A stretch of DNA of 64,000 bases, taken from assembly GCA_000091205.1 (NCBI GenBank), contig AP006495.2; one strand, 5' to 3'. The translations under genes were made by a program, and so were the position numbers. The notes under the pieces were generated by a model. The model was not told the DNA's origin, did not search any database, and saw nothing but the letters and a program-made list of their open reading frames with translations. The DNA is from Cyanidioschyzon merolae (taxonomy: Eukaryota). This document shows, in pieces, positions 1 to 11,369 of this stretch; position 1 is the first letter of the stretch; every line of letters starts with the position of its first letter.

Positions 1-3
1 ACC

Positions 4-645
4 TCAAGCGTAAAAGACTGCCTCCACGACCTGATCATGTGCTGATACCGGCACCTCGGTGACCAGCTGGCATGAAAGCGCAAGACCAACTCTTCGAGGC
101 GGAGGAAGCTGCATCTCGAGATGCAAATGCTCACACGTCGCCAGAAAGGTGTCGTAGTAGCCCTTGCCGCGACCCAGTCGACGACCGAACGTGTCAAAGG
201 CGAGTCCGGGCACGACAATGAGGTCGAGAGGTTTTCGCTCTCGCTCAACCAGCGTGCGCATTTCTCTTCTGACTTGTCCGTTCCACGTAGAAGGCGGCTC
301 CCGAATACCCATGGCGTTCAGGGGCCAGCTCTCGACGTCCTGCAGACCGTGGGCCTCCAAAAACAACATCTTTCGCACTGATCCTTCATCCACACGGGGC
401 AGAAAAACGCGTTTCCCTTCAGCAAAACAGGCGGCAAGCAAATCAGTCGTCTCCACTTCGCTAGTCGGCATGTGGCAGAATGCCGCTACAGTTCGTGCAG
501 ACCGAAACACCTCCGAGTTGGTGAGCAGTCGGCAGGCTTCCGCGGAACGCTCTCGCAACTCGTTCCTTGAAACCTGCCGAAGCAGCTCCCGCATGCGCTT
601 TCGAAGTTCACGTTTCATCAAAAGCACATCCTGCGTGCTTCCCAT
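4..645 (-). CDS. MTHFS: 5-formyltetrahydrofolate cyclo-ligase (MTHFS family); may be truncated by the window edge
   Basis: 213-aa ORF contains the 5-FCL signature stretch LDLIVVPGLAFDTFGRRLGRGKGYYD. The ATG is at 645 on the minus strand. Confidence 0.7.
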   Translation of the reverse strand: MGSTQDVLLMKRELRKRMRELLRQVSRNELRERSAEACRLLTNSEVFRSARTVAAFCHMPTSEVETTDLLAACFAEGKRVFLPRVDEGSVRKMLFLEAHGLQDVESWPLNAMGIREPPSTWNGQVRREMRTLVERERKPLDLIVVPGLAFDTFGRRLGRGKGYYDTFLATCEHLHLEMQLPPPRRVGLALSCQLVTEVPVSAHDQVVEAVFYA

Positions 646-959
646 ACCCTAGGCGTGACAACTCGAGTGCTTCGAGGCGCTCACTGGTCGCCTCGAGGTC
701 AGCAGGCAGCAGACAAGCTGAGCTAGCGTTCGTCGAAGAGCGGCATACGCTTCATACGTATCCGAGTGAAGTGCACCACGGGATGCTGTGCTTTGTTCCT
801 ACATCTCGGAGTATTTTCCGAACGAAAGTTTAGATGTGCAAAGTCGGCTTTCGACGTGCAAAAAGTAAGAGCTTACGGACGCATACAAGTAGCCTCAGGA
901 TTCATGTCACGCTGTTCGACGTGGCTCTTTCGACGCTTTGCCGCTGGAATTCGGTACGT

Positions 960-1800
960 GGCCGGAATGAGGACGTTTCACGCCTCCTTCGAACTAGTTT
1001 TCGTGAAGCAAAGGATATCAATCGTCAGTCCATATGGATAAGCCTCCGGTCTTCTCCGTTCCTTATGTGCAGGATGTTCAAATCGCGCGTGCTTCAATTT
1101 TATGGATCTCTCGCTAAGGAACGTTATAGGCGATGTGGGATTGAAGGGGAATCCAAAAGCGGGGCGTCATTCCAGGATGCGTTCTTCGCCAGCTCAAGCC
1201 GAAAAGTCCCTGAGTTTCTCACCCAAATATTCGATTGCGTTCGAAAGACAAACCCTCCTGTGGCTGTGACCAGTGACACAACTGCATTCGACAGCACCGG
1301 CATGCTGCATTTCGGGTGACACGCTCCCAAACGCTTCCGTATCTTCTGTTTGCATCGAAAAGGCTCTTGTCTTCGGAATTGAGTCATCGCATCCACTGGG
1401 TCCAGCGGAGAGCGTCTTCATCGCTTTGCACAATGGGAACGGTGACGGGCAGACACTTGTGCTTATGATCTCCAGCCTGGATTTTGTTTTTGGTATTCGA
1501 TTTATGATGGAATTCATCACGTTCCATAAATCCTCGGTCAGCGGGAATAGCCTGCAACCGCCCGTGCACCAGACAGAATACTCCCGGAGGACATCACTCA
1601 GAAGAAGCCCCAGATCGTTGGATGCAGCACTGAGCGTTGAAAACGAGAACAGTATCCAATGGAGCCTTCTGGATCCGAAGGGGTATGAACAGAGCGACGC
1701 AGCGAGCCTGGACGCGCGACACAGCAGCGCTCGGAGCACGGGCAGGTCTGACACATGCATTCGGGAGGGCCTGACCACAACCAAGTGCCACAGCTAGAGA
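960..1800 (+). mobile_element. Degenerate Fanzor-family derivative copy (copy E): weak RuvC-III remnant near 980-1040, then the R1 region homologous to the methyltransferase-like ORF of copy B
   Basis: Nucleotide homology of 1140-1560 with 25440-25810 and 18040-18280, for example caaatattcgattgcgttcgaaagacaaaccctcctgtgg versus caaatactcgattccatttgaaagacaatgccttctcacttgg. Upstream, tatcaatcgtcag resembles ccatcaatatccgacg. Alignment was done by eye. Confidence 0.45.
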
Positions 1801-2425
1801 GTTTGCACAGAAGTTGTATACCAAGAGGCTCGAAATGGCAAGCGAACCGTAGATTGCATCTCCCGTCCGTGAACGCAATGCGTCGCAAACAACCAGAAGC
1901 GTCCGAATCGGGATGCTGACGCTACCGCCACCGTGCTTTCACTGCTGACATCGGAGCCGCAAAGAAATGAGAGACGGGCGTATCTAAAATCTGAGATAAG
2001 AGAGAGCAAACGGGCGCTGTTGCAGAAAATCCCCGCACACACAAGTGTTGGCGGCAGTGGAAACAGTCTCGAGCTTTAGAGAGCGCGTCCGAATTATGAG
2101 ACCTATTCCGTTTTAGGTGGATCCAGGTGTAGCGCTTTCGTCGTAAACGCAACGCACGAGTTCCAGTTCCATGCGATGCGCGAGACGCTGCCAGGCAGCG
2201 CGAGTGCTCGTTCTACCGCAGTCACCCGCTGGTACTGCCGATACCTTCGTGCTGTGCTCGCGTTTCGAAACGGGAACATGGCTCGTGTCGTCGCGCTGCT
2301 GCGCCCAAGTGTCAAGTTGTACGTCGCTCACGCTTTCGCTCAGCGTCAATAGATATCACTTGATCCTTTACAAAGCGCACGGCATCCATACTCCGTATCA
2401 TCGTACCGGATCGTTCGCTCGATGC

Positions 2426-4444
2426 TCAGCGATTGTCAGGAGCAATAGACGGTATGAGGGTGCTCGCCGCGATCGGCGGTGTTGCTAGCTTGGTTGCCGC
2501 TGCATCACTTGAACGTTCCTCTTTGCGCAACTGGGCTCGCCAGTGCGGCGTGTAGCGTTTGCCTCTGCCTTGCCAGCGTTCGCAGAGCGACAGATGTCGT
2601 AGATTGGCGGCCTCGCCGCCGTACAGCTCAGCGTGGTTACGGAGAGTCAGGTCCCATTCCCAGTCATGTTCGCGCAGATCCAACCCGGTTGCATCCGGAA
2701 GGAAGATGAACGTCGCCAGGAAACCGATGACGGCAGCAGCGGCAGTAAGGATGAATATCGTTCGAATGTCGACGTAGCCGAAGGTGAGCGTCGAGACCAG
2801 TGCGCCTAGTTTGCCGCAAAAGGCGCTGAGGCCGTGCGCACGAGCTCGCACTTCGCTGGGGTAGAGTTCGGCAGCACCGACGTAGGTCACCACGTTCGGT
2901 CCAACCTGCGAGAAGAAGGAAGCCAGAATGTAAAGTGCGATCAATGCATGACGGTTACTTGTTCGGAAGTGCTCATAGGTCCCAGCGAGTATCGCGAAGA
3001 ATACCGCGATCATCGCGAAGCCAAAGAGCTGCAGTCGGCGTCGTCCGCACCACGGCTGGTCGATGATCGCTGCCGCGAGGTAGTAACCAACCAGGGAGAC
3101 GCCATTGTTCAGCACGATCCACGCATTCTGGATAAGGAGATCAGCATTCTCGTTGATACCGTTGAATATGGGACCCGAGTAGAGACGGTTTCCGTACAGA
3201 ATAACATCATTGAGGAACCAGGTAAAACCGGTCCCGATTAAACGTGACCAGTAGTAGCTGAGTAGCTGGCGATATTCCGAGCGGCTGGAGCGGAGCGTCA
3301 ACACGCGACGGCGTCTCGCCTCCCGTCGTTTCGCCGCTCTCTTGAAGACCTCGTCCTCCTGAACAAAGTAAAACCGATGGATCAAAAGTCCGAACAACCA
3401 AAGCGCGCCGACACCGTACACAAAACGCCAAACAAAACTCAGGGCTCGTTGAGAGTACCCCATTTCGTTATTCGATTGGATGCGGCAATTCGGCGCAGTC
3501 TGCTTGGCAACCGCAATGGCAACTAGGGTTAGCAGCGACCCAAAGAGGATGCCAATGCCTTGCATGCTGAAGACCAGCGTGATGGCAGCGCCTCGCAAGC
3601 GTCTCTGGATCTGATGACGCTCATGAGCGGAGGTTTCCTCGATTTTCTGTTTGTGTTCAGCGGCACGAGAGGCGGATATCGGGTACTCGCCTCCAATACC
3701 GATGCCTAAAAGTCCGAAGAATGAGCTGAGGACAATAAAGATGGTACTGATATCCACAGAATATACAAATGTCATGACAAGGGCGCCTGTAACCATAACC
3801 GCTGCCGTGCAGATACTCCCGATACGACGGCCTAGGGCGTCTGCGACCCAGCCAAAGCCCAGCATCCCAAGCATGATACCACCGAAAACGACACAGGAGT
3901 TTGCAATAAGAATACTTCTGGTGCACGTGTCGCGAGAAGGGTACCCTCCGCCGGGGCCGGTGCAGAAGCCCGGAATATTGTCCTGGCAGGGGGCACTTGT
4001 GCACTGCGGAAAGAGACCCGGACAACGCACTTGGTTGGCGCAGTTGACGCTTCCATGCACTGCTCCGAGCCAGCAAGTTGGATAAGCCGCTTCCCAGACC
4101 GTTTTAAGTTGTCCAGTGGTGATGAGGAAGTACGCTGCAATGAACATACCCGCGCCCGCGCTCATAGAGCGTATCATCGACATCAACACGGTCCAGTAGC
4201 GCGCACGAGGCGCTTGCCGCACCTCCGGGACGTCAACGCCATTCGCAGGCGTTTCTACTTCGCTCTGTGTACGCGAGAGTTGAAGCGAGTTTTCGCTTGC
4301 CTCAAACTGGAGCCCAGCGTCCGCGTCGTCGACCGCAGTTGCACGCTCCTTCGGCGCTTTGGCACGAGGCAGCATCGAAACGAAGCGTCCAGATAGACTG
4401 CAATTGATGGCGTCACGCCTCGGACTGGAGGTCTCGGACAACAC
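2426..4444 (-). CDS. Inorganic phosphate:H+ symporter, PHO84/Pht1-type (MFS, PHS family)
   Basis: 672-aa ORF with about 12 predicted TM segments. It carries the PHS-family signature GIGIGGEYPISASRAAEH (GGDYPLSAT-type) and has a Cys-rich insertion between TM1 and TM2. Confidence 0.75.
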   Translation of the reverse strand: MLSETSSPRRDAINCSLSGRFVSMLPRAKAPKERATAVDDADAGLQFEASENSLQLSRTQSEVETPANGVDVPEVRQAPRARYWTVLMSMIRSMSAGAGMFIAAYFLITTGQLKTVWEAAYPTCWLGAVHGSVNCANQVRCPGLFPQCTSAPCQDNIPGFCTGPGGGYPSRDTCTRSILIANSCVVFGGIMLGMLGFGWVADALGRRIGSICTAAVMVTGALVMTFVYSVDISTIFIVLSSFFGLLGIGIGGEYPISASRAAEHKQKIEETSAHERHQIQRRLRGAAITLVFSMQGIGILFGSLLTLVAIAVAKQTAPNCRIQSNNEMGYSQRALSFVWRFVYGVGALWLFGLLIHRFYFVQEDEVFKRAAKRREARRRRVLTLRSSRSEYRQLLSYYWSRLIGTGFTWFLNDVILYGNRLYSGPIFNGINENADLLIQNAWIVLNNGVSLVGYYLAAAIIDQPWCGRRRLQLFGFAMIAVFFAILAGTYEHFRTSNRHALIALYILASFFSQVGPNVVTYVGAAELYPSEVRARAHGLSAFCGKLGALVSTLTFGYVDIRTIFILTAAAAVIGFLATFIFLPDATGLDLREHDWEWDLTLRNHAELYGGEAANLRHLSLCERWQGRGKRYTPHWRAQLRKEERSSDAAATKLATPPIAASTLIPSIAPDNR

Positions 4445-5479
4445 CGCAAAACGTGCCTAGTAGCGTCGTCTACGCGTACTGGACAGGCGCGCCTCTGTGA
4501 CGTGGAGCCATGGCGTGTCCGGCGTCACGTATCGGTCACTTTGCCGCAGCGGTGTCCGAAAGCGCCCGTTTCTTCTTCATGGTCTAACATCGATGAGCGT
4601 ATTCAGGTTATGAACCATCATCCTCGTCGATAAGCGACCATTGTATTGGAGAATTCTAAAGAGACCTCTATCCATTGAAATAAGCATTTGCGTGTTGTAT
4701 TCTGCAGGGCATGAGCTCCCAAAACTGAATAGAAGGTAGGTTGATCCGGTACCTCTGCTGTTATTAAAGCTCTACGTGGACTCAGGCGGGCACCTACGAC
4801 AATCACCAGGAGCCGGTACTCTCGATAGGGACATTGCGGAGCTGTCCTGAGGCCCTTGTCACAGGGCGTCAGGTTTATGGACGGATTCAGAATCCCCTGT
4901 ACACGAGGTTTTCCCATCGGCAACCTGAAAAGTGACTGACGCGCTGCCACAGGTCTCTTCGATACACGCTTTACCACAGACCAGTCGTACCGGAGGAAAT
5001 AGGAGTTCGATGGGTCCAGCGATGCCCAGGGATCCGAGACTGCCCCAGACACTTGCTGCGACGCTACACTCGTGCGACATTCAAACGAAACGCTGATCTG
5101 CTTCCGCTGTTCCTGCATTTCGATCTTTTCCGAAGTTTTTTCAAGCACAGCCCCGAAAATCGAAGTGCAACAATATGCGGTGACGAATTCATGCGTAGTT
5201 TTTGGATTCCCAGCCGTCGTGTCGGATTGGCACATTCCAGGTTGTGTCGCTGGAGGTCGATGCGTCACCGGAATCCAGAGGAGGATTCTCGACGTCGTCG
5301 TACACGGGGTTCGTAAACAAAGCAACATCATAATCCAGTGCGTCCGTGCAAGCCTCCGCTTTTCTCCCTTCCTTACGTTTGGCGAGCGCTAGTCATGATT
5401 CTTCAGGTTCACGATTTGTCTGTGTCAAGGCAACTCACTCGTGGATGCAGCAACTCAATGGCATCCCTCGATGAATATC

Positions 5480-5870
5480 TCATAAGCTAACGCCAAAAGT
5501 TTACTGAAATTGTCACGTTATGTAAGCGATCTCGCTCGAGCGGCAAAAGAATCCTCCTCTGTCTGTGGCCCTCGACAAAACGGCATTCGACACCAGCAGC
5601 ATGATACCTCGAACGAGATATGCTCCACGAGGCGCCCGTATCCTCTGTTTGCATGAACAAGGATCACGGGCTCGTACTAGAGTCATCGCAACGATCGCTT
5701 CCAGCAGAGATCCTCTTAGCGCTCTGCACGTAAGGGCGCAAAGTTTGAAATTTCACGACTTGTTTTCCTTCCGGCACTCGTTTCCTCGTGGACAACGACG
5801 CTTTCCAAAAATGTTCTACCGAGTCCAACAGGATGCGCTTGCACTCGCAGCGAACAGAATACTCGCCTAG
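5480..5870 (+). mobile_element. Solo R1 fragment (copy F) of the same repeat family
   Basis: 5560-5720 aligns to 1240-1400 and 25500-25650: ...gcattcgaca[cg]cagc..., ccgtatcctctgtttgcatgaacaagg versus ccgtatcttctgtttgcatcgaaaagg. No Fanzor-coding part was recognised. Confidence 0.4.
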
Positions 5871-7142
5871 CGGATCGCCCAGAACAAGCCCGCTTTCGCA
5901 GGAGCGGCACTAAGCGCGGCAGCGGAGGATCGGAACTAGGCGCGCTTCCTGTACCCGTTATGGGTTTGCATTGAGCGATAGAGCAAACGTTGATGCAACA
6001 CAGGGCTGCCCCCGGAGAGCGCTTTGGTGTCCATACGGGAGCACCCGCCAATTATCAAAAGTAATCGCTGCGACCAGTGCTCCATGACTGTTTACAAAAG
6101 ACGATGAAGGTTGCTGGCGATGCGTAGAGATTACAACTGCCGTCTGTGTATAAAGTTCGTCGAGAGATCAGCGTGAAGCGGCAAAATCGCGGCGTTAACG
6201 CTGTGATAACCATCTCTCAACTGCTGACCACGGAGCTGGCGAGACAGGAGCGACCGGCGTATTGAATACCACGGATAAGAGCGTATGAAAGGAAGCAGTC
6301 ACAGAAAAAGCCCGTCAAGACTAGTGCTGATAACAGTGGCAAGCGATACATATTTTAGTCAGTGCGCGCGAATTCGCAAAGCGGACCCCTTCTACTCTGT
6401 CCTGACTTGTATTTGTATAAAGAAGTAGTGAACACGTCGCCCGAGTCAATGGAGACGCGGGAGTCGCGAGCTGCTGTTTCCATAGCGAACGTTGCAAGCG
6501 ATGCGAAAGGCACCACTTCGCGCATAGATATCCAGGTTTGCACTTCGATTCTTCAGAAATGAGCGGTCTCATCCCGTCGTTGCGGAAGTAGTACACTGAT
6601 TCTAGCTTCCTCCAGTAGGCTCCAGGTACGAAGCAGCCTATGCTTTGGGAAAGGTGTTCGACCTTTGGACCCGCAGTCGCTTTTGAAACCTGCTAGCAAA
6701 GCCGCTCACCGCATACGAAGCCGCGTATTCTCTGCGAATAAAAAGTCCGACGTTCAGGCATGAAACCGTTTCGAAACTTTCCAGCGGAGCCTGCATTTCC
6801 AGTAGAACTCAACGAGACGCTAAGACCGGCTACATATATGGCTGGGTACTCGCCCGGTTAGCAGGTACGCTCGCTGAACCTGTGCCCGTTCACGACGCGT
6901 TTCAGTCCCTAGCGCTTGTCGACAGCGGTGCTCGTGAGCAGCAGCTCGTTACAGCGCACATTCAATGAGACATGTAGACTGCTGCAGTCCCGAGCAACGC
7001 CCTTGCCAAGTAACGGGTACCGAGATCCACCGTTTGTACTGCCGCAGCGCCTTGTCGCTGACGTCCAGCTCGCTGGAACCCAACACCGCTTTCAGGGCGA
7101 GCGCGGCGACGCCCTAGTTCGCGTTCCAGCGAGCCGGTCTCT

Positions 7143-10100
7143 ATGCTAGGTAGCTCCGGTGCAAGTATCCAGCGGACCAGGGAGGTTCAGTCCCCAAAAC
7201 GTCGTGGTGACGTTCGATCTTTTGGTCATGCAAAGGCGGCAGGTGTCAGGTCACCACAGGTGACGGGATTCGTCCCGGAACTATGTCCACGCTGGGGCGC
7301 ATGCCCTGCTAGGCAGACTCGTCGCAGACACACAGCAGCGCACTGTGTCGTGCGTCCAAGCAGCGTCTATCCGCGAGCAGTGTGCTCCTTCGTGAGCAGC
7401 AGCTGGAGGCTCGCACTGAAGCACATCGAGACAGCGTCAACTGGGAGCGTCCAGCGACGCTTGCTCGGCCTACAAGCGTCGTCAGACTCGAAGGACTCGA
7501 CTGGGGCACCAACGGCGCGTTTGGAGCCGGTTTTTCAGACCGCAGAACACGTTGCTGCGCACTATGCGGTGGAGATTGAAGCTGGACTCAGTACGAGCCG
7601 TGCTCGCGAACTCTTGCGCATTCATGGACCGAACGCGCTTCCCGAACCGGAACCACAGACGCTCGTTCAACGAGTGCTCAAACAGTTTGACGATCGTCTG
7701 GTGCAGATCCTTCTGGTCGCTGCCGGCATATCCTTTACGTTGGCAGCAACAGCAAAGGAGCGAACGGCTTCCGCGTTCCTAGAGCCTGTCATTATTCTAA
7801 CGATTCTGCTCTTGAACGCTGGTATCGGGGCGATCCTCGAGTCGCGAGCAGACGAGTCCATCAGGGCCATGCGAGCCTATATGAGCGAGGAGGCTGTGGT
7901 TGTCAGGGATCAGGGCGCTAGGTCGTGTATACCAGCGCGGGAGCTCGTGCCTGGTGACGTCATTGAACTACGAGCCGGTGACCTGGTGCCAGCGGATGCT
8001 CGTGTCGTGCGGTTACTCTCGAATACGCTCCAAGTCGACGAGTCGATTCTCACCGGTGAGTCCCTTGCAGTGGACAAATACGTTGAGGCAATGGAGCAGG
8101 CGAAAGATGCACGAGGCACCGGTCGACTTCCGTACCAAGAGCAGCGCAATATGTTGTTCACAGGCTCCGTGTTGACCAGGGGTCGCTGCCTCGCTATCGT
8201 GGTCGCAACTGGCGAAAATACTGCTGTCGGTACAATCCGTGGCCAACTCGTACGGAGAAGCAGCAGCAGCAGCAGCAGCAGCGCTAGTCGCAAGAATGGT
8301 GAAACGGAGTTAGCCACGGAAGCGACTACCGAAACCCCGCTGGTGGAGCAGATGAATCGCCTGGGAGACCTGCTCACCAACCTTGTGCTGGGTATTTGTG
8401 CAGCGGTATTCGCGCTCAATCTTGTACAGGAAATCCAACAAGTACCCCTTGCCATGATCATTTCACAACAACAGGTCGATTTAAGTCGTATTCTCGAGCA
8501 GGTCATCGAATCCTTCAAATTCTCGGTGGCTCTGGCTGTAGCTGCAGTTCCCGAGGGTCTGCCTGCTGTAATCACCACCTGCCTAGCCCTCGGAACGCAG
8601 CGCATGTCGAAGCGCAACGTACTTATCCGCTCCCTGCCCTGCATTGAGACACTCGGCTGCACATCTGTGATTTGTTCGGATAAGACCGGGACACTGACCC
8701 AGAATCGCATGCGCGTCGTGGAACTCGTACCGGTACATGATTCGCTCAAGGAGGCGCTCTCGCTGGTGCTTGCACTCTGTTCAGAGGCCACCCTGGATGG
8801 ACGAGGTGATCCGACGGAGCTCGCATTGCTGCGAGCCGGCGAAGAGCTGCGACCCTCCGACAGTAACCGAGCATTCTGGGAGTCGCATGCACGAATCCTG
8901 CAGGTCAATGAGTTCGATCGTGTTCGGAAACGCATGAGCGTCGTCGTTACCTGCAGCGTGCCGGTTTTGTCGACGGCGAATACGAACGATCACAAAAGCA
9001 CCTACACGTATTCACTAGTCAAGGGCGCACCAGAGACTGTTCTGGAACAGTGCTCCTTCGTTGAGCCAGACGCTGTAGCATACTGGTCAGAGCAGACGAG
9101 GGAACGCTCACGTAGCGGTCTTCGCTGTATTGCACTGGCTATCCGAGAATGCACCAGCGACGCTGCACAGGACAGTGCCGAGAAACAGCTCACGTTCCTG
9201 GGACTCGCTGCCCTGCAGGATCCTCCGCGTCCAGGAGTCCGTGAAGCGATCGCTCGCTGTCGACAAGCAGGTATTCGGGTAGTGATGATCACGGGGGATC
9301 ACGCCTTGACGGCATCTGCAATTGCCGCTCAAGTCGGTATCCTCGATACCTCCATGATCGCAGATGCCGCAGCGGAGAAGAGCGGTACCTTGACGCCTAC
9401 AGTGGTGCTCGGTGCGGACCTCGAGAGCAACCGTTACACCCCAGACCAAGTGGCAGCAGCGCGAGTGTTTGCACGCGTCGAACCGAAGCACAAGCTACAG
9501 ATCGTCGAGACGCTGCAGCGGACCCGCAGCGAAGTCGTCGCCATGACCGGGGACGGTGTCAACGATGCACCGGCGTTGGCTGCTGCGGACGTCGGCGTCG
9601 CCATGGGAACCGGAACCCAGGTTGCAAAGGCCGCTGCCGACATGGTCATTGTCGACGATAATTTCGCTACGATCGTCTCAGCTGTGGAAGAGGGCCGCTC
9701 CATCTACGCCAATATGCGGCAGTTCATCCGCTATCTCCTCAGCAGCAATATTGGTGAGGTGATTGCCGTCCTGGTGAGCTCGCTTTGGCTGCACGTTCCG
9801 GAGATTCTGTCACCGGCGCAGTTGCTCTGGGTGAACCTCATTACCGACGGTTTACCTGCCATCGCGTTGAGTTTCAACCCGACGGATCCGGAGGCCATGC
9901 AACGGCCGCCTCGTCGGCGCGATGAACCCTTCCTACGTACCCAGGGTGGACTCGGTGGTGACCTTGCCCGTTATCTGGCGATTGGTACATACGTTGGTCT
10001 CGCTTGCGTCTTCGGATACCGTGGATTCATAGACAACACCGTCCAAGCGCGCTCCGTGGCCATGTCAGTGCTTGTCACTGCCGAGATGGCCAATGCCTTG

Positions 10101-10370
10101 AATGCGGTATCGGAAACCGAGTCGATTATCCTGCAGCCACATTTGATGGTGTCGAATCGTTGGCTCCTGGGTGCCGTGCTTGCCTCAATGGCACTGCAGC
10201 TGATCGTGCTTGAGAGTCCTCTGTCGCAGACAGCTTTTGGAGTCGAGCGCCTTTCTCTTGGGGATTGGCTATTTGTGGTGGGCGCCTCCGTTCCCGTCAT
10301 TGCCGTTGATGAAGTGTTCAAATTCTTTCTGAGAAGAGCGCGGGCGAAACGGTCGAGTCAGGGTTCGTGA
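7143..10370 (+). CDS. SERCA-type (P2A) Ca2+-transporting P-type ATPase
   Basis: 1075-aa ORF with CSDKTGTLTQN, TGDGVNDAPAL and PEGLPAVITTCLALGTQRMSKRNVLIRSLPCIETLGCTSVICSDKTGTLT, close to SERCA. An N-terminal extension of about 130 aa precedes the conserved SERCA start, and a poly-Ser insertion is encoded by (AGC)8 at 8259-8283. Confidence 0.9.
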   Translation: MLGSSGASIQRTREVQSPKRRGDVRSFGHAKAAGVRSPQVTGFVPELCPRWGACPARQTRRRHTAAHCVVRPSSVYPRAVCSFVSSSWRLALKHIETASTGSVQRRLLGLQASSDSKDSTGAPTARLEPVFQTAEHVAAHYAVEIEAGLSTSRARELLRIHGPNALPEPEPQTLVQRVLKQFDDRLVQILLVAAGISFTLAATAKERTASAFLEPVIILTILLLNAGIGAILESRADESIRAMRAYMSEEAVVVRDQGARSCIPARELVPGDVIELRAGDLVPADARVVRLLSNTLQVDESILTGESLAVDKYVEAMEQAKDARGTGRLPYQEQRNMLFTGSVLTRGRCLAIVVATGENTAVGTIRGQLVRRSSSSSSSSASRKNGETELATEATTETPLVEQMNRLGDLLTNLVLGICAAVFALNLVQEIQQVPLAMIISQQQVDLSRILEQVIESFKFSVALAVAAVPEGLPAVITTCLALGTQRMSKRNVLIRSLPCIETLGCTSVICSDKTGTLTQNRMRVVELVPVHDSLKEALSLVLALCSEATLDGRGDPTELALLRAGEELRPSDSNRAFWESHARILQVNEFDRVRKRMSVVVTCSVPVLSTANTNDHKSTYTYSLVKGAPETVLEQCSFVEPDAVAYWSEQTRERSRSGLRCIALAIRECTSDAAQDSAEKQLTFLGLAALQDPPRPGVREAIARCRQAGIRVVMITGDHALTASAIAAQVGILDTSMIADAAAEKSGTLTPTVVLGADLESNRYTPDQVAAARVFARVEPKHKLQIVETLQRTRSEVVAMTGDGVNDAPALAAADVGVAMGTGTQVAKAAADMVIVDDNFATIVSAVEEGRSIYANMRQFIRYLLSSNIGEVIAVLVSSLWLHVPEILSPAQLLWVNLITDGLPAIALSFNPTDPEAMQRPPRRRDEPFLRTQGGLGGDLARYLAIGTYVGLACVFGYRGFIDNTVQARSVAMSVLVTAEMANALNAVSETESIILQPHLMVSNRWLLGAVLASMALQLIVLESPLSQTAFGVERLSLGDWLFVVGASVPVIAVDEVFKFFLRRARAKRSSQGS

Positions 10371-10886
10371 ATCGTGACTACCGGAAAAGGGAGCGCAGGC
10401 TTGGGCACTTGCGAAGAGCATTTTGCTAGAAACCGGCAAGTGCTGGCCTTGTCCTGGATGTATGTGCTGCATCACTGCATGACACCTGAAATGACGCGCT
10501 CGCCTCTGTCTAGCACGCCTGGAGACGAAGAATTCTATATCCTTTCTCTTTCTGCTGCTTGCGGATGAGGCATTGCTCATTGCAAATAAGTAGTTGCGCA
10601 TTGCTTGCTCCTTACATAAATGTTAAAGCGATCGATGGCTGTGTCCATGCCCGCTCTGACTGGGTTCATGTGAGGCGCTTTTACCTTTTGCCGAAGCGCG
10701 TTCCATGGTTATGCTCACCTCATGGAGAACATGTCCGACGTACATGTTGGTACCACAGTGCTCGAGCCTTTCGTAACGCTTCTTGAACGGCCACGATTGG
10801 GGTACTGCTATTCCAAGCTCGAGAGTGAATGTTTGTAATGCCTCGTCGTCAACGTCGTTTCGGCAAGTCCGTCGTGCACACACCGT

Positions 10887-10901
10887 CACACACACACACA
10901 C
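10887..10901. repeat. (CA)7 microsatellite
   Basis: cacacacacacaca lies in the convergent intergenic region between the ATPase and the GT49 gene. Confidence 0.8.
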
Positions 10902-11369
10902 TTGCACGTGCACTTTTCAGCGATGCTTCTTCTTGGAATATTCTCACCTCAGGTTCAGGGACCGTTCAGAATATGTCTCTCACATGATCGCTGGATCATC
11001 GATCGGTACTCGATGTCGAACTGGATCCCCCGGTCCGTATCTCGTCCAACGAAAAGCGTCAGCAGAGGCACGCCGCATCGCCCTCGGTTATATGCGCTTT
11101 CTGGTTGCGCATGCGAGAGCCTCTGGTTCCATTCGTCGGCCCAGTAGCATCCAAAAGATGTCCGGTAGTTATTCCAATGCGTCGTTTGAGCGCTGCGAAG
11201 GAGTGCGTCTCATCGGAGAGCCCTGACGACAAGCATCCGCCATCGCGCTGTGTGTCTGCGCGCCTCCGTATGCAGCTTCGCGCTCGACGAACAAGCGACG
11301 CTGCTTCGCTTCTGCATCATCATCGTCGGCCCCGGAATCATACACTGCTCACAACCACGCACGCCGTTA

